Assembly (NCBI GenBank): GCA_031547085.1
Contig: JAVBSH010000128.1
Span: 39,632 to 103,631, forward strand
Direction: 5' to 3'
DNA: 64,000 nt
From: Bacteroidales bacterium
GTDB taxonomy: Bacteria > Bacteroidota > Bacteroidia > Bacteroidales > UBA4181
Each line of letters starts with the position of its first letter. The stretch's first letter is position 1. The notes under the pieces were generated by a model, which was not told where the DNA came from, did not search any database, and saw only the letters and a program-made list of their open reading frames with translations. Both the position numbers and the translations under genes were made by a program. This document shows, piece by piece, positions 54,475 to 63,175 of this stretch.

Positions 54475-56601
54475 TTACGGCATTCTGGCCAAACCTTCCC
54501 AGTGTACATCCCAATTACCGTCCTTCGGAAAACCGGGAGTGTCGGTTTCGCAACCGTCCCAACCGGCGCACATCATCGCCACGGTGGTAAGCAAGCCGCC
54601 GTTGCCGGGAAGGTAGATACGCAGGCGGGCATCCTGGTAATTATGTCCGTTCACTAAATAGGTATTGGTCCGTTTGTCCATCAGCAGAGCGCCAACCGCT
54701 TTTTCGGGTTCGCCGAGTCGGGCCGCACTCATGGCAGTCATCGGGTAATCCCAACCCCATGTGTGGTCCCAGTTCCAACGATCCCATATCCAATGGAGCG
54801 TATTTTGCATTACTTCGGCACGCATCAGCCTGCTTTGCGGGAAGATGCCCAGGGCACCCAGTACGGCCGGGTGGTCGGATGTGAAACGTACATCGCTGTA
54901 CGTTTCCGGGGCTGTTTCGGCAGCCAGGTACAAACCGTCCTTTTCGGCCAACGGAGACAGTTTATTGATCACCTCATCCCATTGCGGATTCCGATTCTGC
55001 CCGGTACGTTCGCGCCATTGCTGCGCCACTCCCAACGCATAATGCCAGTATGAAAGTTCGAATGGAGGGTTGGTTGTTTCAGCTGGGCGTAATGTTTCCT
55101 GCGCCGGGATGATACCTTTCAGTACATAACGGTCGCCTTGTTCGTCATACGTGGCAAATGAAGCCATAAACCCGGCTGTTTCATCTACCAGTCGTTTGTA
55201 TTTGTTAAGTACTTCCGGTGTGGGATTGTTACGGTAGATAAGTTCGGCCATGTAGATAAAATGCGGTTGCTGCCAGATGAGGAACGAACCAACGCCTGAA
55301 GGCGCTTCCAATGCCGACGGGTCAGTCATCTTCATCCATCGTATACCCTTAAAGCCTTGCCTTTCGGCGATGGATTTGGCGATGGGATAGGCCGTGTTGT
55401 ACCAGTCCATGCTGCGTTCGAGCAGGTCGGTGCGGTTCCATAGCGCAAAATGAACAGCATGCCACCAATGCATTTCCAGGTGGAACTTGCCAAACCAACT
55501 GTTGTAGGTGAGCCCTGTTTCCTGTGGAGGCATCGATCCGGCACACTGTATGGCCATGAGGTATTGCGACAATACCACGCGGCGTTCCAATTCAGAGGCT
55601 TCCTTTGCCTTGCAAGCCGAGAAATCAATTGCCCCGCCCCGTTGCCAGAAGCTTTGCCAATACGCGGACGATGCCACTAATGCATGATTGAATGAAGGGA
55701 GCGGATCGGAAGTCGGTTTCTCTGTAAAGAAACAAACCACGGAAAAATCATCGCTTTCGGGCGAGAGTACAAAGTGATGTTTTGCCTTTTCGGCGATTGT
55801 GGCTTTACCTGTCCAATTCACGGTTACATGATACGTTGTATTGTCTAATTGTCGTTCGAAGGTGATACCCTGTTCCGTCCGGTTCACGATTGTGGAGGAA
55901 TGTTTTTCGGGGTTGTCCCAATCGCAGGCATCATCGGTATGTTTGCCGGTGGGGTAGGGGAAGCGAAAATTCAGTTTCAGGCGGCCGTCCTTGATTAATG
56001 CCGATCTGATGTGTGCTGCCATGGCGTCTTTCTGCGGATGGCAGACTGTTTGTACATCCACGGAAATGTTATCCAATTCGAAATGACTTTCTATCGTGCC
56101 GTCCCATAATTTTAGTTCCTGCCGGATGCTTTTCAACTCATCGGCATTCACCTTGCTGCCATCGGTATGCGTCAGTTCCAGGCCGATGATGCCAAGGTGC
56201 AGGCGGTGCGGATTAGCACGGTACCAGTCAGCAGCCTCCTTCGGTCGTCCGGGTTCATTGAACTGCACTGCATAAGGCTCTTCCCACCCACGGAAGTTGT
56301 AATTTTTCAGGGTTTCCTCGAATTCGTAGTTCTCCGGGTTGGTGAATTTATGCCATCCCCATTGCGACTGGGTACCTAACGGAACTCCTGCGCTGTATAA
56401 CTCGGGAAATGTCTGCAATCCCGTAGCATCCACCGTATAGGCAAATTCGCCGTTGCCTACCGATAGCGACGATAATTCATCAAATTGGTTTATTACCGGG
56501 CTGTTCCGGTTAACCAGCGCCTGGCGGTCTATTTTTACAGGTTCTTTTGTGTTACAAGCAGCAAAGAGAACCAGTGCGCTACAATAAAGCCATTGTTTCA
56601 T
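54475..56601 (-). CDS. Putative glycoside hydrolase lipoprotein ((alpha/alpha)6-like), family not assigned
   Basis: Lipobox MKQWLYCSALVLFAAC. 708 aa. Trp/His-rich helical repeats (FGKFHLEMHWWHAVHFALWN, YWHYALGVAQQW) resemble six-hairpin glycosidases. Its context is pectin/RG genes. Family membership cannot be settled by eye. Confidence 0.45.
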   Translation of the reverse strand: MKQWLYCSALVLFAACNTKEPVKIDRQALVNRNSPVINQFDELSSLSVGNGEFAYTVDATGLQTFPELYSAGVPLGTQSQWGWHKFTNPENYEFEETLKNYNFRGWEEPYAVQFNEPGRPKEAADWYRANPHRLHLGIIGLELTHTDGSKVNADELKSIRQELKLWDGTIESHFELDNISVDVQTVCHPQKDAMAAHIRSALIKDGRLKLNFRFPYPTGKHTDDACDWDNPEKHSSTIVNRTEQGITFERQLDNTTYHVTVNWTGKATIAEKAKHHFVLSPESDDFSVVCFFTEKPTSDPLPSFNHALVASSAYWQSFWQRGGAIDFSACKAKEASELERRVVLSQYLMAIQCAGSMPPQETGLTYNSWFGKFHLEMHWWHAVHFALWNRTDLLERSMDWYNTAYPIAKSIAERQGFKGIRWMKMTDPSALEAPSGVGSFLIWQQPHFIYMAELIYRNNPTPEVLNKYKRLVDETAGFMASFATYDEQGDRYVLKGIIPAQETLRPAETTNPPFELSYWHYALGVAQQWRERTGQNRNPQWDEVINKLSPLAEKDGLYLAAETAPETYSDVRFTSDHPAVLGALGIFPQSRLMRAEVMQNTLHWIWDRWNWDHTWGWDYPMTAMSAARLGEPEKAVGALLMDKRTNTYLVNGHNYQDARLRIYLPGNGGLLTTVAMMCAGWDGCETDTPGFPKDGNWDVHWEGLARMP

Positions 56602-56814
56602 TGAGTCTATTTTGATATGAAGTATTAGGTTGACTTATACAGGTGTGAAAGTGGTTTTTTAGCTGGTATAGCCGGATAGGCTCTTGCTTTCTACCATGTA
56701 AAGCAGGAGCCTTACTTTTATACTTTACGCGGGCAAGTTTTACCTCCGTCGAGATCGGTTACTCACTATCGTTCGTGAAATCGCTAGCGCTAAGTTTGCT
56801 AAGTTGTGCACGTT

Positions 56815-56849
56815 GAGGCTGTTCAAAAACAGACTTTTTGAACAGCCTC
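56815..56849. other. Perfect 15-bp inverted repeat (5-nt loop)
   Basis: GAGGCTGTTCAAAAA-CAGAC-TTTTTGAACAGCCTC, 75 nt downstream of the stop of 56925..57653. No flanking U-tract on either strand. Confidence 0.7.
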
Positions 56850-56924
56850 GTCAAACCGACATCATATCGTTGACACGACATTAGTACGAGTATGTGCATG
56901 GAGACATCTCTTTGTACCCGGATG

Positions 56925-57653
56925 TTATTCTTTTGGTTCGTCTTTTTTTGCACCTCCTTTGCGTTGCGCCAAAAGGGTGCTGTAATCCTTGATGATGGCA
57001 TTGAGATCGGTTACCACTGTGTCGAACCGGTTGTCCTTATAACGGTCGATATCGGCATTGATGGCGTCCTTAATGGAGGTAAAAGCGGGATCGACTTTTA
57101 AACGGACGACTTTTACATTGCCCGACGGACGATTAGTTTTATCGTCGCGGCAAAGTTTGTCAACTTCTGCAAACCGTTGATTGGCGCTCAGCAACTTGTC
57201 TAACCGTCCTTGCGCTCCAATCTGGTCAATATCGGCCTGGTAGGGTTTCAATTCGTTTCCTAACTGTATGATCATGGATGTTTCGGCCTGGTCAGCCAAC
57301 TTCCAAGGGTTACCCACTTGCCGGATGATGCGCATGACACGTTTTGCAGCTTCAAAATCGGCAGCTTCCTCTTCATCGAAAAGGAATGATTTCACATAAT
57401 GGTAAAGTTGGCTGTGCATCCGGTCGCGATAATAATCGGCCGCATCCCTTTGTGCGGTTATAGAGCTACCTAACTCCACCGACAATGCTGTTTCCTCCTC
57501 CTGCATCAGCTGTGCCAGGTCATCATACAATGCACGGATGTTCAGGTTGTCAGGGTCATGTTTCAGGAGCGCTTCCAGTATGAGCCTGATAAATTGCATA
57601 TGTTCCTTGTTCCGCAGGTTGTGAGGCGAGAATTTTACGATTTTAGTTTTCAT
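56925..57653 (-). CDS. Hypothetical all-helical protein (possibly DUF6261-like, low confidence)
   Basis: 242 aa with no signal peptide. The N-terminus KFSPHNLRNKEHMQFIRLILEAL recalls the RLRNxEHxQF start of a Bacteroidetes DUF family. This is from memory only. Confidence 0.45.
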   Translation of the reverse strand: MKTKIVKFSPHNLRNKEHMQFIRLILEALLKHDPDNLNIRALYDDLAQLMQEEETALSVELGSSITAQRDAADYYRDRMHSQLYHYVKSFLFDEEEAADFEAAKRVMRIIRQVGNPWKLADQAETSMIIQLGNELKPYQADIDQIGAQGRLDKLLSANQRFAEVDKLCRDDKTNRPSGNVKVVRLKVDPAFTSIKDAINADIDRYKDNRFDTVVTDLNAIIKDYSTLLAQRKGGAKKDEPKE

Positions 57654-57756
57654 TTATTGTGTTTTTAAAGGTTAAATAATGCATAAAGATAATTTATTTT
57701 TACAAATGTTGTATGGATGATAGATTTTTGTTCAATATTTTTTTTGGGATGATAGC

Positions 57757-57966
57757 AAAACCATGACGACAGTACCTTCCGGACTTACGGAGCACACTAA
57801 AACAATGACAACTATACCCTCCGGATATGCGGAACATACTAAAACTACGACGACCTTACCCTCCGGATTTACGGAGCATCCCAAAACCACGGCGACGATA
57901 CTCTCCGGACTTGCGGAGTATATTAAAACCGCGACAATATATCCTCCGCAGTTGCGGACGGCGTTT
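57757..57966. repeat. Tandem array, 5 units of exactly 42 bp, each with an invariant TCCG-N6-CGGA inverted repeat
   Basis: Units start at 57757, 57799, 57841, 57883 and 57925 (AAAAC[CAT]..G.C.A.....C.TCCGNNNNNNCGGA......). The array overlaps the track ORF 57763..57993 (76 aa, 14-aa repeats T-T-x-P-S-G-x-x-E-H-x-K-T). Confidence 0.85.
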
Positions 57967-58009
57967 TATGCATGTTTTTACTCTATGATGTAATCTCGGT
58001 CACTTAATC

Positions 58010-58043
58010 AACCCTGTCAGCAGCTTTGCAACCTAACAGGGTT
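58010..58043. other. Hairpin (8-bp stem, 18-nt loop) after the 42-bp array
   Basis: AACCCTGT (58010-58017) / ACAGGGTT (58036-58043). Confidence 0.4.
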
Positions 58044-58110
58044 AGGCAAAATTCTAAACGACATTTCCTGATGAATTGAAAAGATAGAAATGGACAGCGA
58101 TTTTCCTCGA

Positions 58111-58896
58111 TTATTCCAAACCGAGTTTCCTGAAATCTTCTATTTCCTTTTGCATCTTTTCCAACTCTCCGTCTAACTTTTTACTATACTTTTTAAGTGA
58201 TGCTTCTGTAACTTCGGTTCCTTCAAAACAAAGCATATTGTCTAATTCAGTTTCTTCTATAAGTTTGAAAATCTCTTCTTGAGGATTCTCCAACCTGCTA
58301 TTGATAAGTACTAACTCAATCCTGATCCTCCACAGTCTATATAAAAGTTTAGCATGGAGACCAATATGCTGATATGTCTTGAAAGCGGTAGGCATGATGA
58401 AGGCTCCGCATGCATGATACTGTCCTGCTGCGTTTTGAAATGACCCCATTTCGCTTGCATACCCCATAATGATCGGGTAAGCAAAGGTATTCATCACATC
58501 TATCATTCGTTCAATTTCTTCTCTAACCTTTTTTCTGACTTCTTTTTTGTCTTTAATGCCATCTTCAAACAGGGACTTGAAGATCGAAAATAAGGTATCT
58601 GCTTGAGGAGAACCCCATCCTTTGGGTATTGAAAAATCAGGGGATATCTTGTCCCCATGCGCTAAGACATCAATGGCTGATAACGGAGATTTATTCAATT
58701 CAAGCTTAAACCGCTCGATATTTTCAATCGTCATTTTTGCTTTTTCCCACTCGCTCGATTCGATTATTGAACGTCTTGCATAAAAGACCTGTGCCAGGAT
58801 AAAACATAAAGACACCAAAGTGCCGATATAATAAAGATTCGGTAGCCAAACCTTAACCTCACCATACCATTTTTGCTTTTGCTTTTTGTTTTTCAT
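58111..58896 (-). CDS. Hypothetical N-terminally membrane-anchored helical protein, AT-rich gene
   Basis: The ATG at 58896 gives a Lys-rich start MKNKKQKQKWYGEVK plus one TM (LPNLYYIGTLVSLCFILAQVF). The remainder is soluble and helical with a C-terminal coiled coil. No family confidently recognised. Confidence 0.5.
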   Translation of the reverse strand: MKNKKQKQKWYGEVKVWLPNLYYIGTLVSLCFILAQVFYARRSIIESSEWEKAKMTIENIERFKLELNKSPLSAIDVLAHGDKISPDFSIPKGWGSPQADTLFSIFKSLFEDGIKDKKEVRKKVREEIERMIDVMNTFAYPIIMGYASEMGSFQNAAGQYHACGAFIMPTAFKTYQHIGLHAKLLYRLWRIRIELVLINSRLENPQEEIFKLIEETELDNMLCFEGTEVTEASLKKYSKKLDGELEKMQKEIEDFRKLGLE

Positions 58897-59009
58897 AGAA
58901 TGACATATAAGAAATGTCGACAAATATAAAACATAACTTTAATAAAACAGAAGCAACTGTTTTATACTTGCATTTTATACTTTAATCTGATATTTCAGAA
59001 ATTAACCGG

Positions 59010-60179
59010 TCATTTACCCAATTCCAAGCATCCCATGATGAATGGCCCCGTAGCTTTTGTATCGTTATCGCGGATCTTTTCGCTGATGTAATATTCGAAA
59101 CTGCCGTCGCGGTATGGTTTTCCGCCCAAGCCTCCCACCGAGCAGCATTGTGTGAGGTTTAGCGTTCCATCTTCATTTACTTTGATCAATTTGGTGGTGA
59201 GTCCATTGAAAGCTTTTTCGGCCACTTTTCGGTATTTCTTCGGGAGATATCCCTTGTTGACAGCCTTGGCGTATGAATACATGAACATTGACGATGCCGA
59301 TGCTTCCAGATAGTTGCCCTTGCGTGTCCCCTGGTCGATCACCTGATACCAAAGGCCGGTTTTATCCTGGTATTTGGGCAAAACCGAAGCCAGTTTATTG
59401 ATGATGTCGATAACATCCTTGCGATGCGGATGATTTTCGGGCACAAAATCGAGGATGTCGACCATTGCCATGAAATACCAGCCAATAGCGCGTCCCCAAA
59501 AGTTGGGCGATTGCCCGGTGGTTTTGTTTGCCCACTGTTGTTGGCGGCTTTCATCGTATGCATGGTATAATAGGCCTGTTTTTGGGTCGACCGTATGTTT
59601 GTAGGTAACCAATACCTCATGAATTGCCTTGTCTATTAAATCGGGACGATGATACAATTTGCCGTATTGCGCCATATAAGGCCCGGCCATATAAATGCCA
59701 TCCAACCAAATCTGGTGCGGATATATTTTCTTGTGCCAGAACACGCTGTCGGTCGTCTGCGGATGTTTGTCCAACTGGCTCAGCAGGGTATCCATGGTTA
59801 TCCGGAATTTCTGTTGCCCGGAGTAGTCGTAAATTTCAAACAGTATCTTTCCTGCATTGATGAAATCGATGTTGTAATCGGTGGTTTTGTAATGAAGGAT
59901 AGAGCCATCGGGTTGTACCATGTGGTCGGCCCAACGGAATACATAATCATAATATTTGTTGTCGCCTGTATCATGCCATATTTTGAGCAGGGCGCAACAT
60001 CCCAATCCTTGTGGATAACTCCATACATAGCGTGTGCCATAGTCGAGTTGCCATGCTTCCGGAAACCGTTTCATCTCCGAATCGGCAAAACGCACCGACC
60101 ATTTGTCGTTTTTGGATTGCGAAAAACCTGTTTGAAGAAATAGAACGAAACAACAAAAAAGGATACCTGCTTTTTTCAT
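59010..60179 (-). CDS. GH88/GH105 family unsaturated glycuronyl (rhamnogalacturonyl) hydrolase
   Basis: Signal ...TGFS|QS. WSYPQGLGCCALLKIW, WLDGIYMAGPYMAQYG and FWGRAIGWYFMA match the YteR/UGL (alpha/alpha)6 fold. The PL11 neighbour favours GH105. Confidence 0.8.
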   Translation of the reverse strand: MKKAGILFCCFVLFLQTGFSQSKNDKWSVRFADSEMKRFPEAWQLDYGTRYVWSYPQGLGCCALLKIWHDTGDNKYYDYVFRWADHMVQPDGSILHYKTTDYNIDFINAGKILFEIYDYSGQQKFRITMDTLLSQLDKHPQTTDSVFWHKKIYPHQIWLDGIYMAGPYMAQYGKLYHRPDLIDKAIHEVLVTYKHTVDPKTGLLYHAYDESRQQQWANKTTGQSPNFWGRAIGWYFMAMVDILDFVPENHPHRKDVIDIINKLASVLPKYQDKTGLWYQVIDQGTRKGNYLEASASSMFMYSYAKAVNKGYLPKKYRKVAEKAFNGLTTKLIKVNEDGTLNLTQCCSVGGLGGKPYRDGSFEYYISEKIRDNDTKATGPFIMGCLELGK

Positions 60180-60193
60180 ATACTATACCATTC

Positions 60194-61108
60194 TTAATCA
60201 ATAAACTTCATTTCTTTCAGCCACTCCATGCACAACGCAGGCCATATCTCCGTGGAGCCAGGATTATTACCCACACTGATAGCGTGCGCCCCATAAGGGA
60301 AAATATGCAGTGACGAAGATACACCGGCCTTTTTTAGCGCTTGATACAATACCACGCTATTGAGTGGTGGTACGCTATTGTCATTGTCGGCATGCACTAA
60401 AAAAGCAGGAGGCGTAGCGGATGTTATCCTTGTTTCGTTCGACCATGCTTTCACAAGGTCGTCACTGGGATTATTGCCCAACAGGTTTTGTTTACTGCCT
60501 TTATGAGCGATGGCATCGTCGAATGAGATGACACCCGAAATCAGCATCATGAAAGCCGGTGCGAAGCCATATTGATCCGGTCCATCGCCAATGGTCGATA
60601 CATCTTCGGGGTGCGTGGCTAATGAAGAAGCTACATGTGCACCGGCCGATGTGCCATTTACACCGATGCGTGTTGGGTCGATGCCCCATCTTGCCGCATT
60701 GGCGCGGATGATACGCATAGCACGTTGGGCATCCTGTAAAGGCGCTATGTGGCGAGTAACCAGATCGCGTGAAGTGGGTAGCCGGTGAACTACAATAAAG
60801 GCATTGATGCCTCGTTGCTGGAAAAACTTGGCTGTGGGGTTATTGCCATACGATTCGGGCAACCGCACATAACCGCCACCGGGAACAATCAGTACTGCTA
60901 CACCGGTGTTTTTGTCTTTTGGCGCAAGATAGGCGTACATCCGGGGAGTACCCACCTGGTAGAGCCGCTCCTGGGCAATGCTATCCGTAAGTTTGATGCC
61001 GCGACTGTTGGGCATTCTCCCTTCGGGCCACAGGGGAATCATTTCCTGGGAACGGGTAGTGTGAATACAGCAGATTGCTGCAATGATGAATGTAATGGTT
61101 CTTTTCAT
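60194..61108 (-). CDS. alpha/beta-hydrolase fold carbohydrate esterase
   Basis: Signal ...TTRS|QE. LIVPGGGY (oxyanion region), nucleophile elbow GTSAGAH (GxSxG), and C-terminal HADND/H residues. It lies 14 nt upstream of the GH88/105 gene. Confidence 0.75.
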   Translation of the reverse strand: MKRTITFIIAAICCIHTTRSQEMIPLWPEGRMPNSRGIKLTDSIAQERLYQVGTPRMYAYLAPKDKNTGVAVLIVPGGGYVRLPESYGNNPTAKFFQQRGINAFIVVHRLPTSRDLVTRHIAPLQDAQRAMRIIRANAARWGIDPTRIGVNGTSAGAHVASSLATHPEDVSTIGDGPDQYGFAPAFMMLISGVISFDDAIAHKGSKQNLLGNNPSDDLVKAWSNETRITSATPPAFLVHADNDNSVPPLNSVVLYQALKKAGVSSSLHIFPYGAHAISVGNNPGSTEIWPALCMEWLKEMKFID

Positions 61109-61169
61109 GATGGTTCTTTATTATTTTCAAAATATTTACTTCGTTTTACATGCAATATGTCCGATCAGA

Positions 61170-61196
61170 TTCGAAACTTCAAACCCGAAACTCAAA
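61170..61196 (-). repeat. Heptamer array following the 29-nt hairpin element
   Basis: The minus strand reads GTTTTGA GTTTCGG GTTTGAA GTTTCGA (plus strand TCGAAAC TTCAAAC CCGAAAC TCAAAAC). Confidence 0.7.
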
Positions 61197-61225
61197 ACCT
61201 ACCGGGTCTTCCAGACCCAGCAGGT
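61197..61225 (-). terminator. 29-nt hairpin element (third full copy) abutting the PL11 stop codon; probable terminator
   Basis: The minus strand reads ACCTGCTGGGTCT-GGA-AGACCCGGTAGGT followed by TTTTGAGTTT. It matches the arms at 8293-8366 except for two loop bases. Confidence 0.65.
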
Positions 61226-63084
61226 TATTGCTTTTTAATCACATATATCTTTGGTTGTGGTACCTGTTCCAGTCCGTCACCAATGTAAAAACCAAGGTGT
61301 GGCGGCTGATTGTATGCTACATTCTGCCATGCAATACTTAATCGGTACACTGGGTCGTGCATCAGCGTGTAAAGACGGTGGTCTGTGGGGACGGTTGTGG
61401 TGAATAACAACAATTGACTGGGATCTTCCCTGTTGTAAAGAATCACCTCTTCCCGCCAATCACCAAGTATATCGGCACTGAGACAGGGATTTCTCTTGGC
61501 CCCGTTGATAGACATCCCTCCATAGTTTGTGAAATCAATCAGGCGGTCGACCCCGTTGCCGTTCCACTTATCAATGCGCGTGCCGTCGAGTAGCTCGTCC
61601 TGCAAGTCGCCATCCCAGTAAATGCGGAAGTTAACAGACGGTTTGCGTGTCGAAACCGGTTGTCCCTTGATGTTGTATACCGTGTCGCTTGCCGAGCTCC
61701 AGAACTCGAAGCCTCGGTAACGCGGGTCGATATCGGCAGCCAATCCCCGCCCGACGTCGAAAGTTGTGGGACGACCAAAGAGCAATGCTCCCGTAGCGGC
61801 ATCACGCAGTTCTACACCTGCACGGTTGGGTGTTTGTTCGTGTACGTCAAAGAACTCCAGTCCCGGACGGTCGGGGTCAAGGTCTGACAGGTGCCCTGCA
61901 TCGCCATGCCCCAGGCCAGTGGTATACATCAGTTTGCCATTGTGGTCGATGGCCGCACCTCCATAAACGATCTCGTCGAACCCATCGCCGTCCAGGTCTC
62001 CAACCGCTATGTTATGGTTACCCTGTCCGAAAGCCGTTGTTCCGGGCGTATGTCCTGTTCCCGAATCATATACCCACCGTTCTTCCAACCTGCCATTTCG
62101 GAAATCGTAGGCTGCCAGCACAGCTCGGGTATAGTAGCCGCGGCACATCACCAGACTGGGATGCACCCCGTCCAGGTAAGCAATGCAGGCCAGATAGCGG
62201 TCGGCACGGTTTCCGCGGTTATCGCCCCATGTTTCACGTACAGTATTACCTCGCGGCGGATTATAAGCAATCGTATGTATCCCGGCTCCGGTAGTACCAT
62301 TGAAAACCGTCAGGTATTCCGGCCCATCAAGGATAATGCCCCGTTCGTTGCGGTAATCAGCTGAAGGGTCGTCATTACCCATGATAACATATTTCCCTTT
62401 GCCATCAATGGTTCCCGGCGCTGTTTTGCAAGCCACCTTTGCAATGCCGTCACCATCGAGGTCGTATACCATGAATTGTGTATAGTGAGCTCCTGCACGG
62501 ATGTTTCGTCCGAGGTCAATCCGCCAAAGCTGCCGACCGTCAAGTTTATACGCATCCAGATACACATTATCCGTATAGCCGTCGTGTGCATTATCCCTGG
62601 CACGGGCATTCCATTTGACAACAATTTCATATTCGCCATCACCGTCCAGGTCGCCAACACTGCAATCGTTGGGAATATACTCTATCTTCCGTCCCCGTTC
62701 CGTTATTTCTGTTTTCAGTGCGGGACGGTTTAGCTGGATGACCTTATATGGAGTTGCCCAGGGCGTCACTGCTTTCGATGTTTCTATTTCCTTCCCTTTC
62801 ACTACTGTTTTTACAATGTAGCTACCCTCAACCGTGCCATTTGTGTCCAGCAGATTGGTAGCGCCGGCAATAGGTTTAGGGTTAACGAGTTCTTTCCCGT
62901 TGCGATAGATATTGAATTGTGTTTGCGGGTCGTCGGTTCCAAGTAGCCGCCAGCTAATGTATACGCCATTACCGGTTTGGACAGCGACCAGTCCCCTGTC
63001 GAGCGCTTCCATCTGTCGTTGGGCTATTGCAGAAGTCACCAAAATTCCCAACAACATGAAAATAGAAAATATTTTTGCCATCAT
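61225..63084 (-). CDS. PL11 family rhamnogalacturonan lyase (YesW/YesX-like beta-propeller)
   Basis: Signal ...SAIA|QR. LDRGLVAVQTGNGVYISWRLLGTDD and repeated Ca-binding DLDGDGEYEIVVKW / VYDLDGDGIAKV / VGDLDGDGFDEIVYG blocks. Confidence 0.8.
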   Translation of the reverse strand: MMAKIFSIFMLLGILVTSAIAQRQMEALDRGLVAVQTGNGVYISWRLLGTDDPQTQFNIYRNGKELVNPKPIAGATNLLDTNGTVEGSYIVKTVVKGKEIETSKAVTPWATPYKVIQLNRPALKTEITERGRKIEYIPNDCSVGDLDGDGEYEIVVKWNARARDNAHDGYTDNVYLDAYKLDGRQLWRIDLGRNIRAGAHYTQFMVYDLDGDGIAKVACKTAPGTIDGKGKYVIMGNDDPSADYRNERGIILDGPEYLTVFNGTTGAGIHTIAYNPPRGNTVRETWGDNRGNRADRYLACIAYLDGVHPSLVMCRGYYTRAVLAAYDFRNGRLEERWVYDSGTGHTPGTTAFGQGNHNIAVGDLDGDGFDEIVYGGAAIDHNGKLMYTTGLGHGDAGHLSDLDPDRPGLEFFDVHEQTPNRAGVELRDAATGALLFGRPTTFDVGRGLAADIDPRYRGFEFWSSASDTVYNIKGQPVSTRKPSVNFRIYWDGDLQDELLDGTRIDKWNGNGVDRLIDFTNYGGMSINGAKRNPCLSADILGDWREEVILYNREDPSQLLLFTTTVPTDHRLYTLMHDPVYRLSIAWQNVAYNQPPHLGFYIGDGLEQVPQPKIYVIKKQ

Positions 63085-63150
63085 GATTGATATAATCCCG
63101 TTTATCTTGACGCTTTTAATTCTGACATTATAATGCTTTGCGCAATATAG

Positions 63151-63175
63151 TCATTTTCAATTCTCAATTTTCAAT
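63151..63175 (-). repeat. Heptamer array overlapping a stop codon
   Basis: The minus strand reads AATTGAA AATTGAG AATTGAA AATGACT. The first two units encode the last residues (I-E-N) and the TGA stop (63164-63166) of ORF 63164..63796. Confidence 0.7.

Noticed and set aside
57763-57993. Listing the 76-aa repeat ORF as a confident CDS
   Set aside because: The codon-position evidence is only weakly suggestive. The ORF is opposite in strand to both neighbours, has no recognisable promoter, and coincides with a nucleotide-level hairpin repeat. I kept it as a finding rather than a feature.
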